DNA of 64,000 nt, taken from contig CM082580.2 of the NCBI GenBank assembly GCA_040954595.2, positions 9,464,390 to 9,528,389 on the forward strand, in the 5' to 3' direction. Under the pieces are notes generated by a model. The model searched no databases, was not told the origin of the DNA, and was given only the letters and a program-made list of their open reading frames with translations. Source of the DNA: Balanoglossus misakiensis (lineage: Eukaryota > Animalia > Hemichordata). Made by a program: the position numbers and the translations under genes. Below, piece by piece: positions 14,802 through 30,632 of this stretch (positions within the stretch are counted from its first letter, which is position 1; the number at the start of each line of letters is the position of its first letter).

Positions 14802-17800
14802 AACACTTTCCACAGTTGAGGTGTACATCTACTCCATATTAGAAACCCTTGATGATGGTAATACACCAAATTCCACAGTCACTCTGCGCTGTATAATTAT
14901 CCAAGGCAGGTATTGGCCAATGACAGGCTCAATGCCATTAAGATAATACACAGGAGTAATACACAATCGAATGAAGAAACCGCAAAGCAGTAATTGGGTG
15001 GGTGGATGCCAGATGTACACTGACACTGCACAAAATGCCGAAATTACAGAGACATCAAAACGTCAATCACAACGGAGGTCGAGTCAGATTGAATTGAGCA
15101 TCTGGGCTGTCACAATACGAGACGGCGTATACGGCGAGTATGCCGGGATGTCGAAGATAAAACGCCTCCAGATGAATGAATCTCAAACAACCTTTGACTC
15201 GATCTGCGCTGTGATGGACACTTTGATGGACAGGGCACGGGTTTACGAGAAACGTATCCTTTCCTTACCTGCTTAAAGTAAATACAGGTAAAGTCTTCGT
15301 ACAAAAACTCTGTTTGTTATTCTTGATTACCGATAATCTCGCCGATGTACACAAATCAACGAACAATAATCCTGAAGCTGTTGTTCACTTGAAGAACCGG
15401 CCCTTGTAAGGTGCGTGTGTGCAACAACGACGTGGTATATATCCAGTTTACTGGGGCTGAAGGCGCGCAGCCCATGAGAAGAAAACCGAGCTCTGACTCC
15501 GCTCAGACAGGGTTGACTACCTGCAAAAAGAAATGGAGCATTGATTGTTTCGTGAAGAATGTAGCCAGTGAAATATTAGTGGAGTGTGGTTAATAGTTTT
15601 TTTTTTTATTCTGCGTCCGGGCAACTGAGCATTACCACACTTCAGCTGTAATGAGTGAAGTGTCTTTCCCCACTTCTATTGTTTAAAGGCTGCTACTCAT
15701 GACCTGTTGACAATTCATGTGTTGTCCCACCTTTAAAAGGGAGAGGGTGTTGCCTTGGGTGTAAATCTTCCGGTGGTCCCCAGAATGCATTCACTTGACT
15801 GTGACACTTAATTTGTGTGGGCAGAGTCATGAATCAACATGCATAGAGTACTCTGTGTACAGGTCTTGCTGTGCATTTGAGATTCACATGTTGGCAAATA
15901 AACGTACGTACTTGAAAATATTAAAATATGCCATTTGTAACCAAAAGCATTATGTACTTGTGACAGACGATTTTGGAGAGAATGTTAAAAGTTCTAGCTT
16001 TTTCTAATGAAGACATACTAAGACATTTTGGCCTGAAGGAAGCATGATGGAGAACAAACATGGCAGCCAGATAATAGCTTTGGAATAAATTGGCCAGAAT
16101 GTTGTTTTTCACCCTCTTGGCTTAGATTTTCAGAGCTAAACTGTGAATGCAAGTCATTCTTCACCATTCCAAAGAAAGAGCCTTGCTGCACACAAACGGA
16201 TAATTATTCGCAGACCGGAGACAGAGCAAACAGCTGATGTTGCAGGTTCTTTTTTTTGTTAGCATCAATGTGTGGACGCCTGATTTGGTTTTTCACGTCG
16301 TGGCTCCGAACTGTCTGAAGGAAAACACACATCGCCGAGAGCAATTCCCTGGACTCCAGGACAGATTGTCTGCTGTACGCATGGTCTGCATTAACTATTG
16401 CTGACAGATTCTTTGGAATCACGCAAACATCGGTCAATCAAAAGCCAAAGTGGACTCTTCCTGTATTGCTTTGCGTTGGAATTAGGAACGCAGTGCGGAG
16501 CGTGACCTCAAAATCCAGTCAACTGAAATTAAAGGGCCACTGCTTGAAACTTCTGACCATTTGAAAACCAGACATTTAATATATTTTCCTTCCAGATTCA
16601 TGAGGAAGATTGCCAGCAACATCTCTGGGAGGTAAAATCAAACCGATATTAGCCCGTGCTGGACAACAGGTCGCCTTTGTGTGGCAGTTCTGAACAAAAG
16701 CGATCACCTCACAAAAGCTCTGTAATTCTGCCTAAACAGCAAATGACACAGAGACAACTGCATCGCTTGTGACTTATGGGGGGTCTGCTGTACGACTTGG
16801 TTTGACCCCAACAATGACAACTGAAGTGTGACTTCTGAAAAAGTGGGTAAGGTCCCAGTACTCAGAACGGAACATATCTCAGGAGCTCAGCTGTATATAC
16901 CTTCTGTAATCGGCGCGAGTCATTTTGTTAAACACAGCTAGTGGCGAGGTCACTAGAAAAGACATGATATGCCAAAATGGTCCTTAAAAACAGGCTTGTT
17001 TTCTGTCAAGTACACTTGGGGCCATAGAAATAGACGTGTAATGCCAAATGTTCTCGACACACCTGACCACAAAGTAAACAGCCTACACATATTTTCATTT
17101 GCTTACAACCATGAAAGGTATGTTATTACAGACCAAAACCTTTCCGCTGTTCCCCAAAAGAACAAATATGTATGGCCTTTTACTTCAGGGATGCTAAGAC
17201 AATCGTTTGCTTCAACAAAGGTTGTCATAGAAACCACTGTGACCCTGGTTAGAAATTTCTGAACTGAACCACATCTGCCAGTACAGGGAAACAGCTGTGA
17301 TTATTATATTCATCAAATCGTATTCTTGTATGCGTAACAATTTGATGTACATAATAGCATGGTGATTCAAGTTGTAATTTTACACAAACTATGCTGAGAC
17401 TGCCGACAATGTACCGAGTCTCTAATTGTTCAGTGACGTCAGAACACGTCCTTTGCAATTTCTTTCCAATTTGATGAGGTTTCCATTTCAGGAGAGATGT
17501 TTTCGCGGCTTGTTTCCAGGACTAAACAGACATAAAGGCACTCTGTGGATTTAATCAGGGAGAAGTTTCTGAGCTGGGAGACACACTGAACTACTTACTC
17601 ACAAGTCTTACACAAGTCTAAATCAGCATTCAGGGCTATAAATGTTGGCCATATGCACTGAAGCATGGAAATGCTTGGGATGACAATTTCCACAAGTGAC
17701 ATAACTGTTGAACACCTCAGTAGATCCAGTACATGATAGAAATAATGATAGGAGGGATGGAGGAAGAAGATGAAAGAAGATGATGAAGACATCCTCATTC

Positions 17801-20800
17801 TCATCATCTAGATTTTACTTGTAAAAATAAGGGGATTGTAAAATTCAGTTTAAAGGTCAGGTCACCAATTTCTCCATCATCGTCATCTCACAACTCAGTA
17901 TGTTGAAGGCCGTCTCTGCTGCAGACAGTACACTGTACTATGGACAGAAATGAATGTTCATCACTTTCAGAATTCACACCCTTGGCCTCCCCTCCCACAG
18001 CAATGGAATAATCCCTCCAAATATTAAATTCCTGAGTTCGTGGAGTAGAAACAAATGCAATTGCGTTTACACACGGTTGACTTGCTACCAGGAGTAAGGT
18101 GTGAATGCTGAAAATTTCACATAGGAACAACCAGCCTGAAACAAACTGTTCCACGCGCACAACATTGATTAAACCGGCACGGAATATAAATCAAGTCTAG
18201 CAAACAGATTACATGAATGTATTCATGTTAAAATCTGACTTCCGTGCAAGCTAGCATGTTACTTTGCCACAATTAGCTTCTTTGGCCTATATCTCAGAAA
18301 CTTCCAACTTATTGCCTATTTCCAATGTCTGTTCAGTACAGCATATATGCTTCTTGTTCAAGAATCTAATTCAAGTGATTTGTTTTGGATGAAAACCTCA
18401 GTATACATTGATTGGCATATTGTTGACAATCGAGTGTAAACAATTTGAGCCGAAAACCCACGCACTGGTTGCTTCGTCAAACACTGGGAACAAGCTAAGC
18501 GTTCATACCCACACTACATTTATACACATGATCATCACTTCCCCGCAAGTTCACCTGGCACCAAAATCAGAATCCAGTTGGACGAAATTCCAAACTAGAT
18601 AATTTTGTGATCTTCCTGCCAAAAAACAAACACATGATGTTAACAAAGGCCGGACAGTGGGAGACCAGGTGGTGACTACCAAAATGCAGGTCAATGTAAT
18701 CGATACAAGTTGGATACAGAGTGGGTGTGGCCACAATACTGTATTGAATATACACACACCTGGGAAATACAAACTTCGGTTGACCCCACACTCTTGTCAC
18801 TGGCAATACGCTGCACCTATTTACAGGGAGAGGGGCGCAATATGCAATTGACCAATATGTACAAAATACACCATAAACTTTAAACTGCTGGCATTGTTAA
18901 CTTTTTAATGAGTCTGAAATAAGTGTTAATTTGCACTAAACATGTTCACAGGCTAATGACTGGGGGTTGGCAATGGTCCTGTGCATTTACTATGGAGTAC
19001 CGGTTTATGGCATATTGACGATTGTTTGAAAACAATTGATTGTTCCCAACAGACAACTCCATAGGAGCAATCAAAGTTAAATAACAAACTTAGGTGTTCA
19101 ATTACCACTATCTCTTAAAACTTTTAGAGTGGTTTTATAGTTTAATGGGTCCAAAGTTGCATGCCAAGACAAGACTAGGTGATCAATTCAGGTGACTTGA
19201 GAAATGACAAGTTTTCTGAGATTTAATTTGTACCAGAATGTCTAAAACTTGTATCTGTGAACAAGTAACACGAAAACAAGTTTCTTGATACAGTCAAATA
19301 CCGGTTATGCCCCCAGCTATTGGTTTTGCTGTACATCTTAATTGATTCACACTCACACAGTCTCATAAAATAAGCACGCTTTATTTTCAGCAGATTTTTG
19401 CTTCCAGTGGCTGTATATTGTCCACCTTTGCCCTGTGACCTGAGCTAGCAACACCGGCATACACATTATCATAACACCTTGTTTGATGACACCTGGTGTG
19501 TGTAGAAGCATCAGCGTTCATTTCACTGACAAGATTTCCCTCGTATCTCTGAACAAGCAGCTCGTTTATTATGTCCTCCTCACAAACAGGCTTCCTCACC
19601 TTCAGCCAAATTTTCCGCTTGGTTTGCTTCCCTGTCTCGAAATCAATAACTGCCGCGGCGACAATCGCGGGAGATCGCGATTCCGACTCTTAGTGCGCCC
19701 ATGAATGGAGCGGTCAAGCCTGCATGGACAAGGGACCAGCAACGCAATTACTCACGCTGCATTGAACGCCTCCAAATTGCCCGCCGAGGAACGCACCGTC
19801 CAATGGGCCGCACACAAAAGGAGGGGAAGGCCACAAGGCCTCACAACACGACTTGTAAACACCGCAACTGCCATCTTAAACAATAAAACGCGAAATTTTA
19901 CAGGCAGGTCCTATTTTCAATACAATGCCTGTACTGGAGTTTAAGTCCACTCAAGAAATTCTTGTAGCCGGCAAGGATTTGACACTGCAAAGTAAACAGC
20001 TCAATTGTTGGATTCAAACAATAGGAATCTACTTTTCAACACTCAAACTCTGGCTACATGGTTTAATTAAAGGATATTACCATATTCTCCCCAGGGACTG
20101 CAATTATTAGCATACTATAATTAATTTAAAACTACCCATGTCATCACTGTCATCAACAAACAGAGCTTTACAAAGCAGTATATGTGTCAGGGATGAATTA
20201 CCATACGTATACACTTCACCCGATAGAGAAAAATGGTATTTTTCAATTTTATCTTCATAACACTATAGTTTTACTCTACTAGAACTTACACATGCACAGA
20301 TGACACAATGGTTTGCCATTAGAATTACAGTACCCCATAATTTTTCCGATTTGCAATTTGAAAATGTCTCTATTTCAAAATCTCTTTATCCACAAATAAA
20401 TCTGTATTTAATTTCACCAGATTTATGGATGCCACTGTTCCAACACAAAGATTCGGCAGATTTTGACGCCCAGCCAAATCTCAAAACCAGGCACAGCAAA
20501 AATTTCCATTGTCAGAATGCAATCCACTTCTGAATTATTTATCATTGTATGGCTGTGAAATGCAAGCAGCCATATATAATGTTTCTAAGGGCTTCTATTA
20601 GACTTTCAAGACAGTACGCTACATAACCAAATATGGTTTAAAACAAATACACACAACACAAAAAAAGAAACGTACAGATTTCCAATCAGCAAACAAGATT
20701 TCCAATCAGCATTTAGTTTTTTCTACATGTACATGTAGGATTGCTGAGAAATCTGACTTTTTTTCTGAAAGATTAAGTACTACTAATCAGATATACCATC

Positions 20801-23800
20801 CATACAAAAGAAATAAATATAATCTGGCTGGCTTTAATAGCCAAAAGGTCACATATCAAAAAACGGCCAATGAGATCTGATTCTAGCTTTCTGCTTCCTA
20901 AAGCGTCTTATGTGCCTTAAGTTCCTAACTGATTGTGCTGCCAGAAATTGTACGTGATTTCATGAATGAATGAAGGAACTAAGTCTGAGAGGATTTGCAG
21001 ATCTCCCAGTGAGTGAGTAAGTCAGTGCACAATGACTCGCCTGTGCAATCATTTGTTCCCGCTAAAGAGGAGAGGAAAGTGCATGTGATCTCTGAATGAG
21101 GACGGGAGCCTGGCTTCAATTTCCGAAATGCAAGCAGCGAAAGCATCCCAGTAAGTGTCTTGCCGGGGAAGACAATAGCCGAGCGGTGAAATTTGATAAG
21201 AAAGGTAGAGACAGGTATTGCAATGTCAATACACGTCGCAGGGGATATATGATTCCACTAGGGCTAGCTGGCTAAAAAAAATGCCAATGTATGAGAGAGG
21301 TTAAACTTTCCTGCCAAGTCGACATGCCCACACCATCTTTTTTTTTCAAACAAAATATCAAATCAGATGACCCTGCTTCTCCCTGACTTGGAATTAGAGC
21401 TTCCATCCAATAAGTCTTCACATCCTGATGCTAAACATGCACCTATTAGAAAACACTGGACTCTGGCAATTGTCATTCAAAAAAAATATTCTCCTTTGAT
21501 CCTGTTCCCCCTGGCTGCTCCCTTGAGTAGAATGACCCCGAGTAAAAACAATACACACCAGGTCAAAATTTACTGGCAACAGGGGTAAAGGTTATCTACA
21601 CACGTAGGGACAGTAAACATGCAATGCATTTGCTGTACATATTGAATATCCATATTGTGTTCACCCAGTGAAATAAAAGCCTGCATACTCTATTCCCTGC
21701 CTTCGGTTTAATCCAGACCAATATTTTACAGTCGAGTGATTTTTCTCCAAGCAAAATACATGACATTTTATTAAAGAAGGAAAAATAAATGATTACTGCA
21801 TAGGTACGACATACTGTAAACTGTGGCCTCTAAAATGTTAAATTGCAGAAAAAATGGCTGCCAGCTCATTTTTACAATACTTGACGACCAGATGACTTTG
21901 GGCAGAAAATACTGCTCATGTGTATATACAGTATATAAAGAAGTCAGTGCATTTTCAAGGGACAGATTTCAACTTTTGTGTTGCAAAAAATAAGAAAATT
22001 CTAGGAATACAATGGACAGATAAGGTGGTAATTATGAATGCATTCTTCAACACTAGACATGACATGACCTGAAAATTATAGCTCAAACGGGGAAAATAGA
22101 CGCTGGGCAAAACAGTGACCATTGAACTACCAGCAAGAATGTCATGGTATTTCCAGCAATTGCTGCCATAAGTTTCTTCAAACTTCAAACATGGATTGAA
22201 ACCTACATCTAATGTATGCAGTAAATCCGGGCAATAAAATGCCTGAATTTTATGAGTGTGTTAATTGTTGCAGACAGACACTTTTGACTGCACAGTAGCT
22301 AAATTGCTACTGTAAGCTGACAGCACGGTTTAAAAAATCTTTTATAGTAAATCATTGGTTTAAAGCTCAGCAAATGAGCTATGCTTGTTCAGTTTTGCTT
22401 GAAAGCACATTGGACCCGAGGAGTTCTTTTCACTCCAGACAGCATTTCTGTTTTTCCCTGGCCTATTGTGAAATACGTACGCTAAAGCATTTCCCACAAA
22501 AGAGTGTGGGGTCTCGGTGTGTTGTTGTACACCAGCCAGCGTGTGCATTGAACATGAAGTGATCGAGTGTGTGTGTGTATCTGTATGTGTACTCGGTGGC
22601 CAAAAACAATGGGACATGATGACTGTAAGAGAATAGATCGAATTAACAAGCTTATAATGCATGCTTTTGTGCTGATCAAAAGACAAACAGCACTGTTAAT
22701 CAAAGCTTGCAAGATGGAACACCAGCCTTGAATAGGCTGTGAAACATACACAGAGTGAAGCTGTGAAACTAACAACGAACGTGAGAAGGACTCGCACAGA
22801 TCTGCCGGACTGAAAGGGCCCCGCTGTTCCGGCTGAAACTGACAAAGGAACTGAATTCTGAGAGAAGCAAACATCTAAAACGGACAAATACCTTTTTAGT
22901 GGATACACACACAGATCAGGACCACGTAAACACGGGTATTATAGGCTTTTCCGATGGACAGGGACAGACAGCCAGACACCGCAGCTACAACACAGTATTT
23001 GGGTAATGACGACTGATTTGGTTGGGGGTGGGTGGGGCTTTGGTATCAGTGCTGTCACTCATATGCATATGATGATGCACAACGTAGATGGCAAACCCAT
23101 GGCTCACTGACTGACTGACATTCGCAGTTTACTCTGCCTCGTCAAACCTGTTTCCGTTAATTCTTGAAACCGTATCATGTACCCTGTCACTGAATAACTG
23201 CACAGACTTCATGGATAAATGTCAGAGAAATAAAATGTGGTGTATGTACAGCCAAACCCTGTTCACCACAAAACGAAAGAGAACAAAAATACAATGTCTC
23301 TCCATCAGAATTTAATATCTTATGTGTAGAAGCGATGACTAGTAATAAACTCAATTTATGTCCCGCATTCCGAGTAGCAATCGATTTACCTGCCCAATTT
23401 CTTATTTCCCAACTGAGTAAAGCCATAGGTTGATTCTTACAATTACGCTGTGTAATTTTGCCTGTAGAACAGTCATTTGCAGAAACTAACAGGAGAAGGT
23501 GTTTCGCTTACGGGCAGGTAAATACATACAGTTTTAAGAGAGTTAAAGTTTATCTTTAACCTATCATAGTCATAAAATGCTGTGAGCTGGCTGTGCCAAT
23601 ATATCATGTCATGCCACTGAGAGTGTACAGTGGGATATAAAAGGGGTAATATACAATTTCTGAATTTATAGCAGAAAATATTGGCATGAATCTACAAGTT
23701 TGGACCTGGCCACCCCCTGTTGAATGCAAATGGAACATCCCTCACACAGACTTAAAAGAAAGATTAGTCTAAAATATTTAAAGAAAGGCTTAAGAAATGA

Positions 23801-26800
23801 AACATGCAAAGTACACACATGAACAAACCAAAGGGATTTAAAGTGAAGATTTGATTGTAAGCAGATCAGCTTAATGAACTGTATCTCAGTAATACCCTGG
23901 GAAATGGGTGTTTTTACTTCAAGTCAAAAATGAGAAATTTCAGCTCCTTTTCTGACAAATTTGATTTTAATGAGTTGGTGTACATGCAGAGAAGGGAAGA
24001 CATTACTTCTGTTATGTTAATTGCAAGAAATGTCAAAGGGGAAATAATGAGTCAATTTTATGGCTTTTACCCTTTCAGCCAAATCATCCTTCTTTTAGGT
24101 GTACATACATGTACGTTCATGCATCAAAGTAGTATCACATCTGGCTGGGGGGGGGACACCTTTAATCAATGGTTATGGTTAATCATGAAATTCTAATAGC
24201 TAAAAGCATCTTGCTAGGCATAGATTCTTCTAGTCATCTGCCTAGTCAAAGATTCTGCTGGTTATGACTGGTACGAACCAATATTTTTTCAGCAAATGAT
24301 GCAACATTGCATAAAAGAGCATAGACTTTATGTTCAGTACAAAGAATGAAAATTTATGTGCACCAGAAGATTCCAAACCTGAAATGAAAGTTCTGACATT
24401 TCAACGTGTCCAAATCAATAATTCTGGACTGCTGTACATGCGAGCATTTCACGTCAAGGAAAACAGACAACTATTTCTCACTCTCCTGACGTACTAAACC
24501 TTATTGAACAAGGGACCTGCAGATCAATTTTTCATTTGCCGCCTGTCATAAAATTGTGCCACTCAGACAGCACGGAAATGTTATCAAAAACACCTGCCCA
24601 TTCCTTTATTTATGATAGCATTTGAAACAATAAAATGAGAAAGTGTAATTTAACTGAACGTCATTTTATATTGAAAACCAGCCAGTTAAAATTGATCTAT
24701 AAGTACACATCAAAAACAGTTGTCATTATTTTTGAAGGGTTTATAAGCAGACCGACTGCTTCACACAGCAGCTTTTCAGATGTAAGGAGTAAAAATCTAG
24801 CTGCTTCTTGACATTCAAGTCTTGGACGGCGTGCGATTGAGAAGTTGCTTTAGTATTCTTCTGGGATCACTTAAAAGCATCAGCTGATTCCAAGGCACTG
24901 AATGAAACATTTGCAATCCATTTACGTGGGGTATATGCTGACTCGGAGGTGATAATGCAATGCATTAGCAACGCACTCTTACACTCCTTTCCCCGAGAAT
25001 AAAATATCCCGGCTCAACTGCTGAGGAACTGCGCGAGATTACATCAACCTGCGGTTATGGTTCATTGGCAAGGCCGGAAAAATACAAGTAATTTACAGAA
25101 AATTTGAATTCATGGTTTACAGGGTTTTGGGTAAGTACTTGCCACATTCGCAAGTTCCAAGTAAATCTCTAATGGGGCAAAAATTTGAAGTGCGCATCTC
25201 TAAAATAATAAGGAGCATTTTATAATAGTAAGGTTACTGCAAGTACCCTACATACTTATTTTTCATAAAAACAACTACCGCTATACTTATATGTTGGGTG
25301 AAAGAAAAACAAATGTTTACATGTCTAACTGTATTGGCACTTGAAGAAAAGACATCTGCAAACTGTAGCATATGATCAGTCAAGTGCTCAGATTTCAGGA
25401 AATAGCTTTATAATTGTCATGGCTATTATTTTGAATTATGACTCTGCTGGATTTTCATTGGCTCTTTAATGTGTACATTGTCAATTGTCAGGCAGTATCA
25501 AAGGTTAGGTAGGGTCACTTCGAGGACAAATTTCCAAATAAATAATGCTCCTTCGGAATAGCAGTAAACTATTTTTATCCAGAGCCAACATGTAAGATCA
25601 GAAGATACTAAAGTGTTCACAGTTTTGTTATTAAGTCAATTTACAGTCAACTTTTCCTCACACCTGTATGTGGTAGCCATTTTGAATTTCAAATGTGTGC
25701 ATGGCAACGTTTATATAATTTGATTCTATTTGAAAACAAGTATGGCAACCCCATTTGTATTTCAGCTAATACTGACAAATGTATGAACAGCAGAATTGCA
25801 CATGTTTTCAGTCAGACAAATGAATTCTCAGGTCTTTGGGACTAGCCAGTTTTCAACAACTTTGGCATCAACATGTAGTCAGGAATAAGTGTGGAGTGCA
25901 ATGCACTTTGACAGTTTGCATGCACACACAAACAAAGTCACACATCTCAAATAAGAAAGACATGTCCCCCACAATAAGACTCTCTTTCAACTACCTTTTA
26001 TTTGCCCAAACAATTTCCCCCCGATTGGAGCCTTGTTGGTCCATTCAAGCGTCGAGCTGGCCTGGCTGTGTGTGAGGGATCAAGGAAAATGGGTGATCGG
26101 ACGAAAATAAGATAAATGATAGCAGCGACACAAACACCCACTTCACTGTGAACCCCGATCCCTCAAAGGTCAGCCTGAGTGCTTCACCTGTATTGTTGTC
26201 TGATTGTGATAAAACCAGGTCTGCTAAAACTAGTGATGACCAATTTTCAACACACGGAGTCAACCACTTGACATCTCTGCCTATGCATGATACAGCGCCG
26301 TGGTAGAAACAGGGTGATAATAATAAGCTTGAGGGAAATAAATACAAATTATTTAGTGAAATGCATTGTGGGTAATCATATATGAATATAATTTTGGTCT
26401 TGTCTGTCTGTCTTGACTAAATATTGCAAATTTATGTAAAGCATGGCTTATTCACTCTCATCAAAATTTGATTAAGGTTAGCTGATGCCTGCACTCACAT
26501 TCTCCGTGTCAAATGCATATTCATCTTCACTCTGCATTTTAATATTCAAATAGTAATCAGAATCTGCTGGCAAAACCAGCCAGCTCAAATTCTAGGCTGA
26601 CATAGATGCAGACAGACTGTCATTATCACGTTATCTGAGTCTGCCATCGCAGTATGAGAGCAACTGCACACTGGGAACACCGCTTACAAGATAAAAACCT
26701 ACTTTCACTGACAAATTTACAACAATGAAATGAAGAATGAACACCTCTTTCATCAAATCACGATTTCACACTGTTCGCCTCCTTGCAATTCATTTTCACT

Positions 26801-29537
26801 TGATTTTAAGCAGAGTTTTAAGGCATGAAATTGGTGGAATATATACCTCTGATACATTTATTATTACTATTTGCCATTTAATAACATTAAAAACCTACAA
26901 GGTAATTAAATTAAAGCAATATAAGTAAAGTCTTTCTCTGTTCAGCTCATTATCAAGAACAAAGAAATTTCCAGATTTTTCAGCTCTCAGAATTTCCCAG
27001 TTTATTGTATTGTTGAAAGTACTAGGTGGTACTACATGTACAATGTAATCATATCCTGGAAATCAGAAACGACAGTATTTGCCAAAGTTTAACAGTAGCT
27101 TGATTACAAGTATTAACTCAGCATGTAATTATTAATTCAAACAGTCAAATCTGAAACGCAAATATGAACGCCATTCTGATTTAACTCAATTTTAATTCCC
27201 CAACGCCTTTCAACTGACATCTGATATTGTTTATTTTGAAAACGGAATTTGATTATTAAACACCAGGTGACTGCAAATCAATGCAGAGAATGAACGAAAA
27301 TAAATGACATCACAATATCATCAGATGAAAAGCAAAAATATTTCCATCATTGCAATATTTCAACTTGTAAAGACACCCACTGAATGAAACGGTCTTGAAT
27401 ATATGATATTTTGATCAATGCAAATGTAGTAATTTGGTGCTAGTATAGTATACCATTGAGGAGAAATACTACAGGCTATTTTTTCATGCTTGAAATATTC
27501 ATCAGTAGAGTCTGTTCACCTCAAAAACAAGAGGAAAGGCTGTTGTATTGACACGACATGGTCATGTTTCCAGTCTTGTACAATGCATCAGACAGACATC
27601 ACCTCGGGAAAAATTGGGAAAAGGGGCAACTCTAGAACTTGTTTCATCAATAGTACATGTGAAATCACTCGTGTAGTGCGCAACATTCTCGTACTTTGCA
27701 TATTAATTGAAGAAATCTACATGCGCCCAGAAATGCCTGGTTTGAGGGAGTTTGATCATTTCGTGGGACAGCATTCAACGAAATGTTCAAAGCTTAAATT
27801 GAAATGCAATTGACCAAGAAAATACCTTCTAAGCCAATATGTTGTGTCAATGATTGGAAAATAAATCTGTATGTTCGAGAAAATTACAGATTATGGTCAG
27901 CACGAAGGAACTGCTGTGGCTGAAGACGTCAAATGACTCAAATTTCCCAAAATGTTAGCAGGCATACCAGGTTTAGGTGAAGAAAATACCCAGCAATTAT
28001 AAACTGTCATCAATGAAGTTGATGCACAGCGACCTTACCTCACCATGAACTCACAGCAGAGACTGCACAATACTGACCAGCCACTGGTGAAAACTTAGTT
28101 CCTTTGAACAAAGCACTGACTCATTAAAATAAGCAATTTGCACAAAAACCCAATTCCAGTCTCTCACACAGCTAGAGTACTCGTACAATTGTCAGATCAC
28201 GAGTGGAATTATTGATTTCTGGCGATGATGTCGGAGTAATACTCTTCCAGATAATCTGCCCTCTTCATTCACAGAGACAATGCGCTTGTTATCAAGATCA
28301 CCCAGTCTTAATTAAGTTATTCACTGGAGCATTCAGCATCAATGCTAATTTGTCAAGGGCTCAATAGCATCCCCTATGGACTGTGTGTTTTGTAAAATGT
28401 ACTTTGCAGAAAAGAACAGGTACCGATCGAGTTCAGTGAAACCAATCCATACATGCATGTGTGTACGTAATAATTGTGCAGCGTTGATGCACAAAGAAAT
28501 TCACAGAAATTCTTGACGCAATAAACTTTCAAAAATAATGCTTGCTTGAGGGCCCACTGTCCATCCACTGGCCAAAACAGAGATGTTTTGCCTTGTTTTC
28601 ACACAATGCTTCATTTGTATCCATCATTTAAGTCTAGCATCTCAAGTACACTGCATCTCCTAAAACTGTCAAGTTAAATGGATTAGTTCATTAGATACAG
28701 TCTGCAGAATGGATTCTTGTCTGATTAGGTTTGGGGAAGCACAGTTATTAACGTTTCAGATTAACCACATTGATAGAAGTTGACGCTGTTTCGGTTGCAA
28801 AAGGCAATCTGTGGCTTGATGGCCTACACTCACATTTATCAAGTTGCAATTATTATCACTCAGGACATATACAGTAACATCTGGTTATTGCTTCAGTATT
28901 TTTGTTCTGTGTATCAACTCGAGATTCTTACTGTATTCCCTACAGCATATTCCCAGTTTTCCAACTATCAACAAAATATTCATATGTGTAACAATCATAC
29001 ACTGTTATTTTTAATCTCAAATTTTACAAACTTTTATTCCTGCTGTTCCTGAGGACACACTACATGTAGTTTAGAATCTTGCCAGACTGACGGCTAGATT
29101 CTAGACCAATTAACACACAGCTAAACACAACGATGCATGTTTGACACATCTAGGGAATAACAAAAACAAGCATGATGTCTTCAAATGAAGGCTTGAGCAT
29201 CACCACTGATGGCTCTGAAAAAAAGCCTAACCATCCATTAGTCTAAATTACAGTGTTGCCAAACTTGAATCCCTCCTTACAACTCATTCTCCGCATTCCT
29301 AATGAAGAGGGTTTTCAAATTTCAATTATCTCCGCATGCACACTCCTGGCGGAACTTGAAAGGAGAAAAACTGTCCTTTGACCTTTTGTAAACTGCGGGG
29401 GTCGAGCTTATTAGAGAGACTGCATGCTGGTCTTAGGTGACGCTTGGAACACTGCGCCTGCCCCCATACAATGACCTACATTATTTTTCAAATTTCATCC
29501 TCCTCCTCCTTTACATTACAACATAGTTTACCATATA

Positions 29538-29701
29538 CAGTAAAACCTGAGTGTGTAAACTGAACCCTGTCTATATCGAACATATTTTCCTGTCCCTTTC
29601 ACATACAAGCATGCGTTCAAAGAACCTCTATAAACTGGACACCTCTGCAAACTGAACAATTTCTTCAGTCGCTTTGGTGTTCGGTCAAGACAGGTTTTAC
29701 G
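29538..29701. mobile_element. Second, more diverged pogo/Tigger-like MITE of a related family
   Basis: TA-CAGTAAAACCTG ... AGACAGGTTTTACG-TA ends; internal AAACTGAACA..TT..TCAGTC shared with 14617-14801. Confidence 0.65.
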
Positions 29702-30558
29702 TACTGTGTCTCTCTCCTAAGACCCAGCCAGTGTCCCGGCTGCCAGTTTCCATGCAGACACTATATATCTGCTGGAATTGCATGGATCCATACACTGATC
29801 ACTCATGCATGAAGCTGCCAGCACTCCGCATCTGAGGAGCCAGAGCCAATCATCGGATCCAAAGAAAATCAAAGGACCATCAGCGCTTAAAGCTTTTGTC
29901 ACAACAAATAAAAGGTGTCTACACCACTAAAGATGGTTGGATTAACGCAGAGAGCATAATGAAACAAGACATTGTGCAGAGGGGTTTTTTGAGCTCAGAC
30001 GCACTGAAATCAAAAAGGAGACAAGTGGTCCCTGTTTAAATTGAACAGAAAGGGAAACCATTTCAAAGGGTCGAATCTCGACAAAGGTGACATGAATTTT
30101 CTGGTAGTCAAGCCTTTGCTGACAAGAAAATGCCTGGCAACTTGCCCTGTAATAGACGGTTCAGTTACAAGGTCTTCATTAGCAGTTCACATTGAGATGC
30201 TTGGGTCAATTGTTGATGTTATGAATGAATCTTGACAGACAGATATATTCAAAGTTAAACCCCCCTCCCAGAAGGATTGCCCTATCCCTATGCATAGACA
30301 TTGTAAGAAATGCAATTTCCTGCTGTTTGTTATATACTCTGTTCCTGCAATTGTATTCTGCACATACCATTACCAGTACATGTAGTGATTGCTCTTTTAT
30401 CTATATGAGGGGAGGCTAGAATTCTTTGCTTAATATGACTCAAGATGTTGTGGCCAGAATCACAAGACAGATACATACATTTACCCAGGCAGGTATGTAC
30501 AAGTAAAGACGCTATATGCTGTACACCATGTACCTACATATTCCCTCTCCAACACCAT

Positions 30559-30632
30559 GCACACACACACACACATACAGACCCACACAAAAACCACACA
30601 CATGCACACTTGCATATACACACACACAAACA
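30559..30632. repeat. Degenerate (CA)n-rich tract
   Basis: Direct reading. Confidence 0.8.

Noticed and set aside
29072-29103. Small hairpin TAGAATCTTGCC...GGCTAGATTCTA
   Set aside because: No TSD and too short to assign; possibly a MITE scar.
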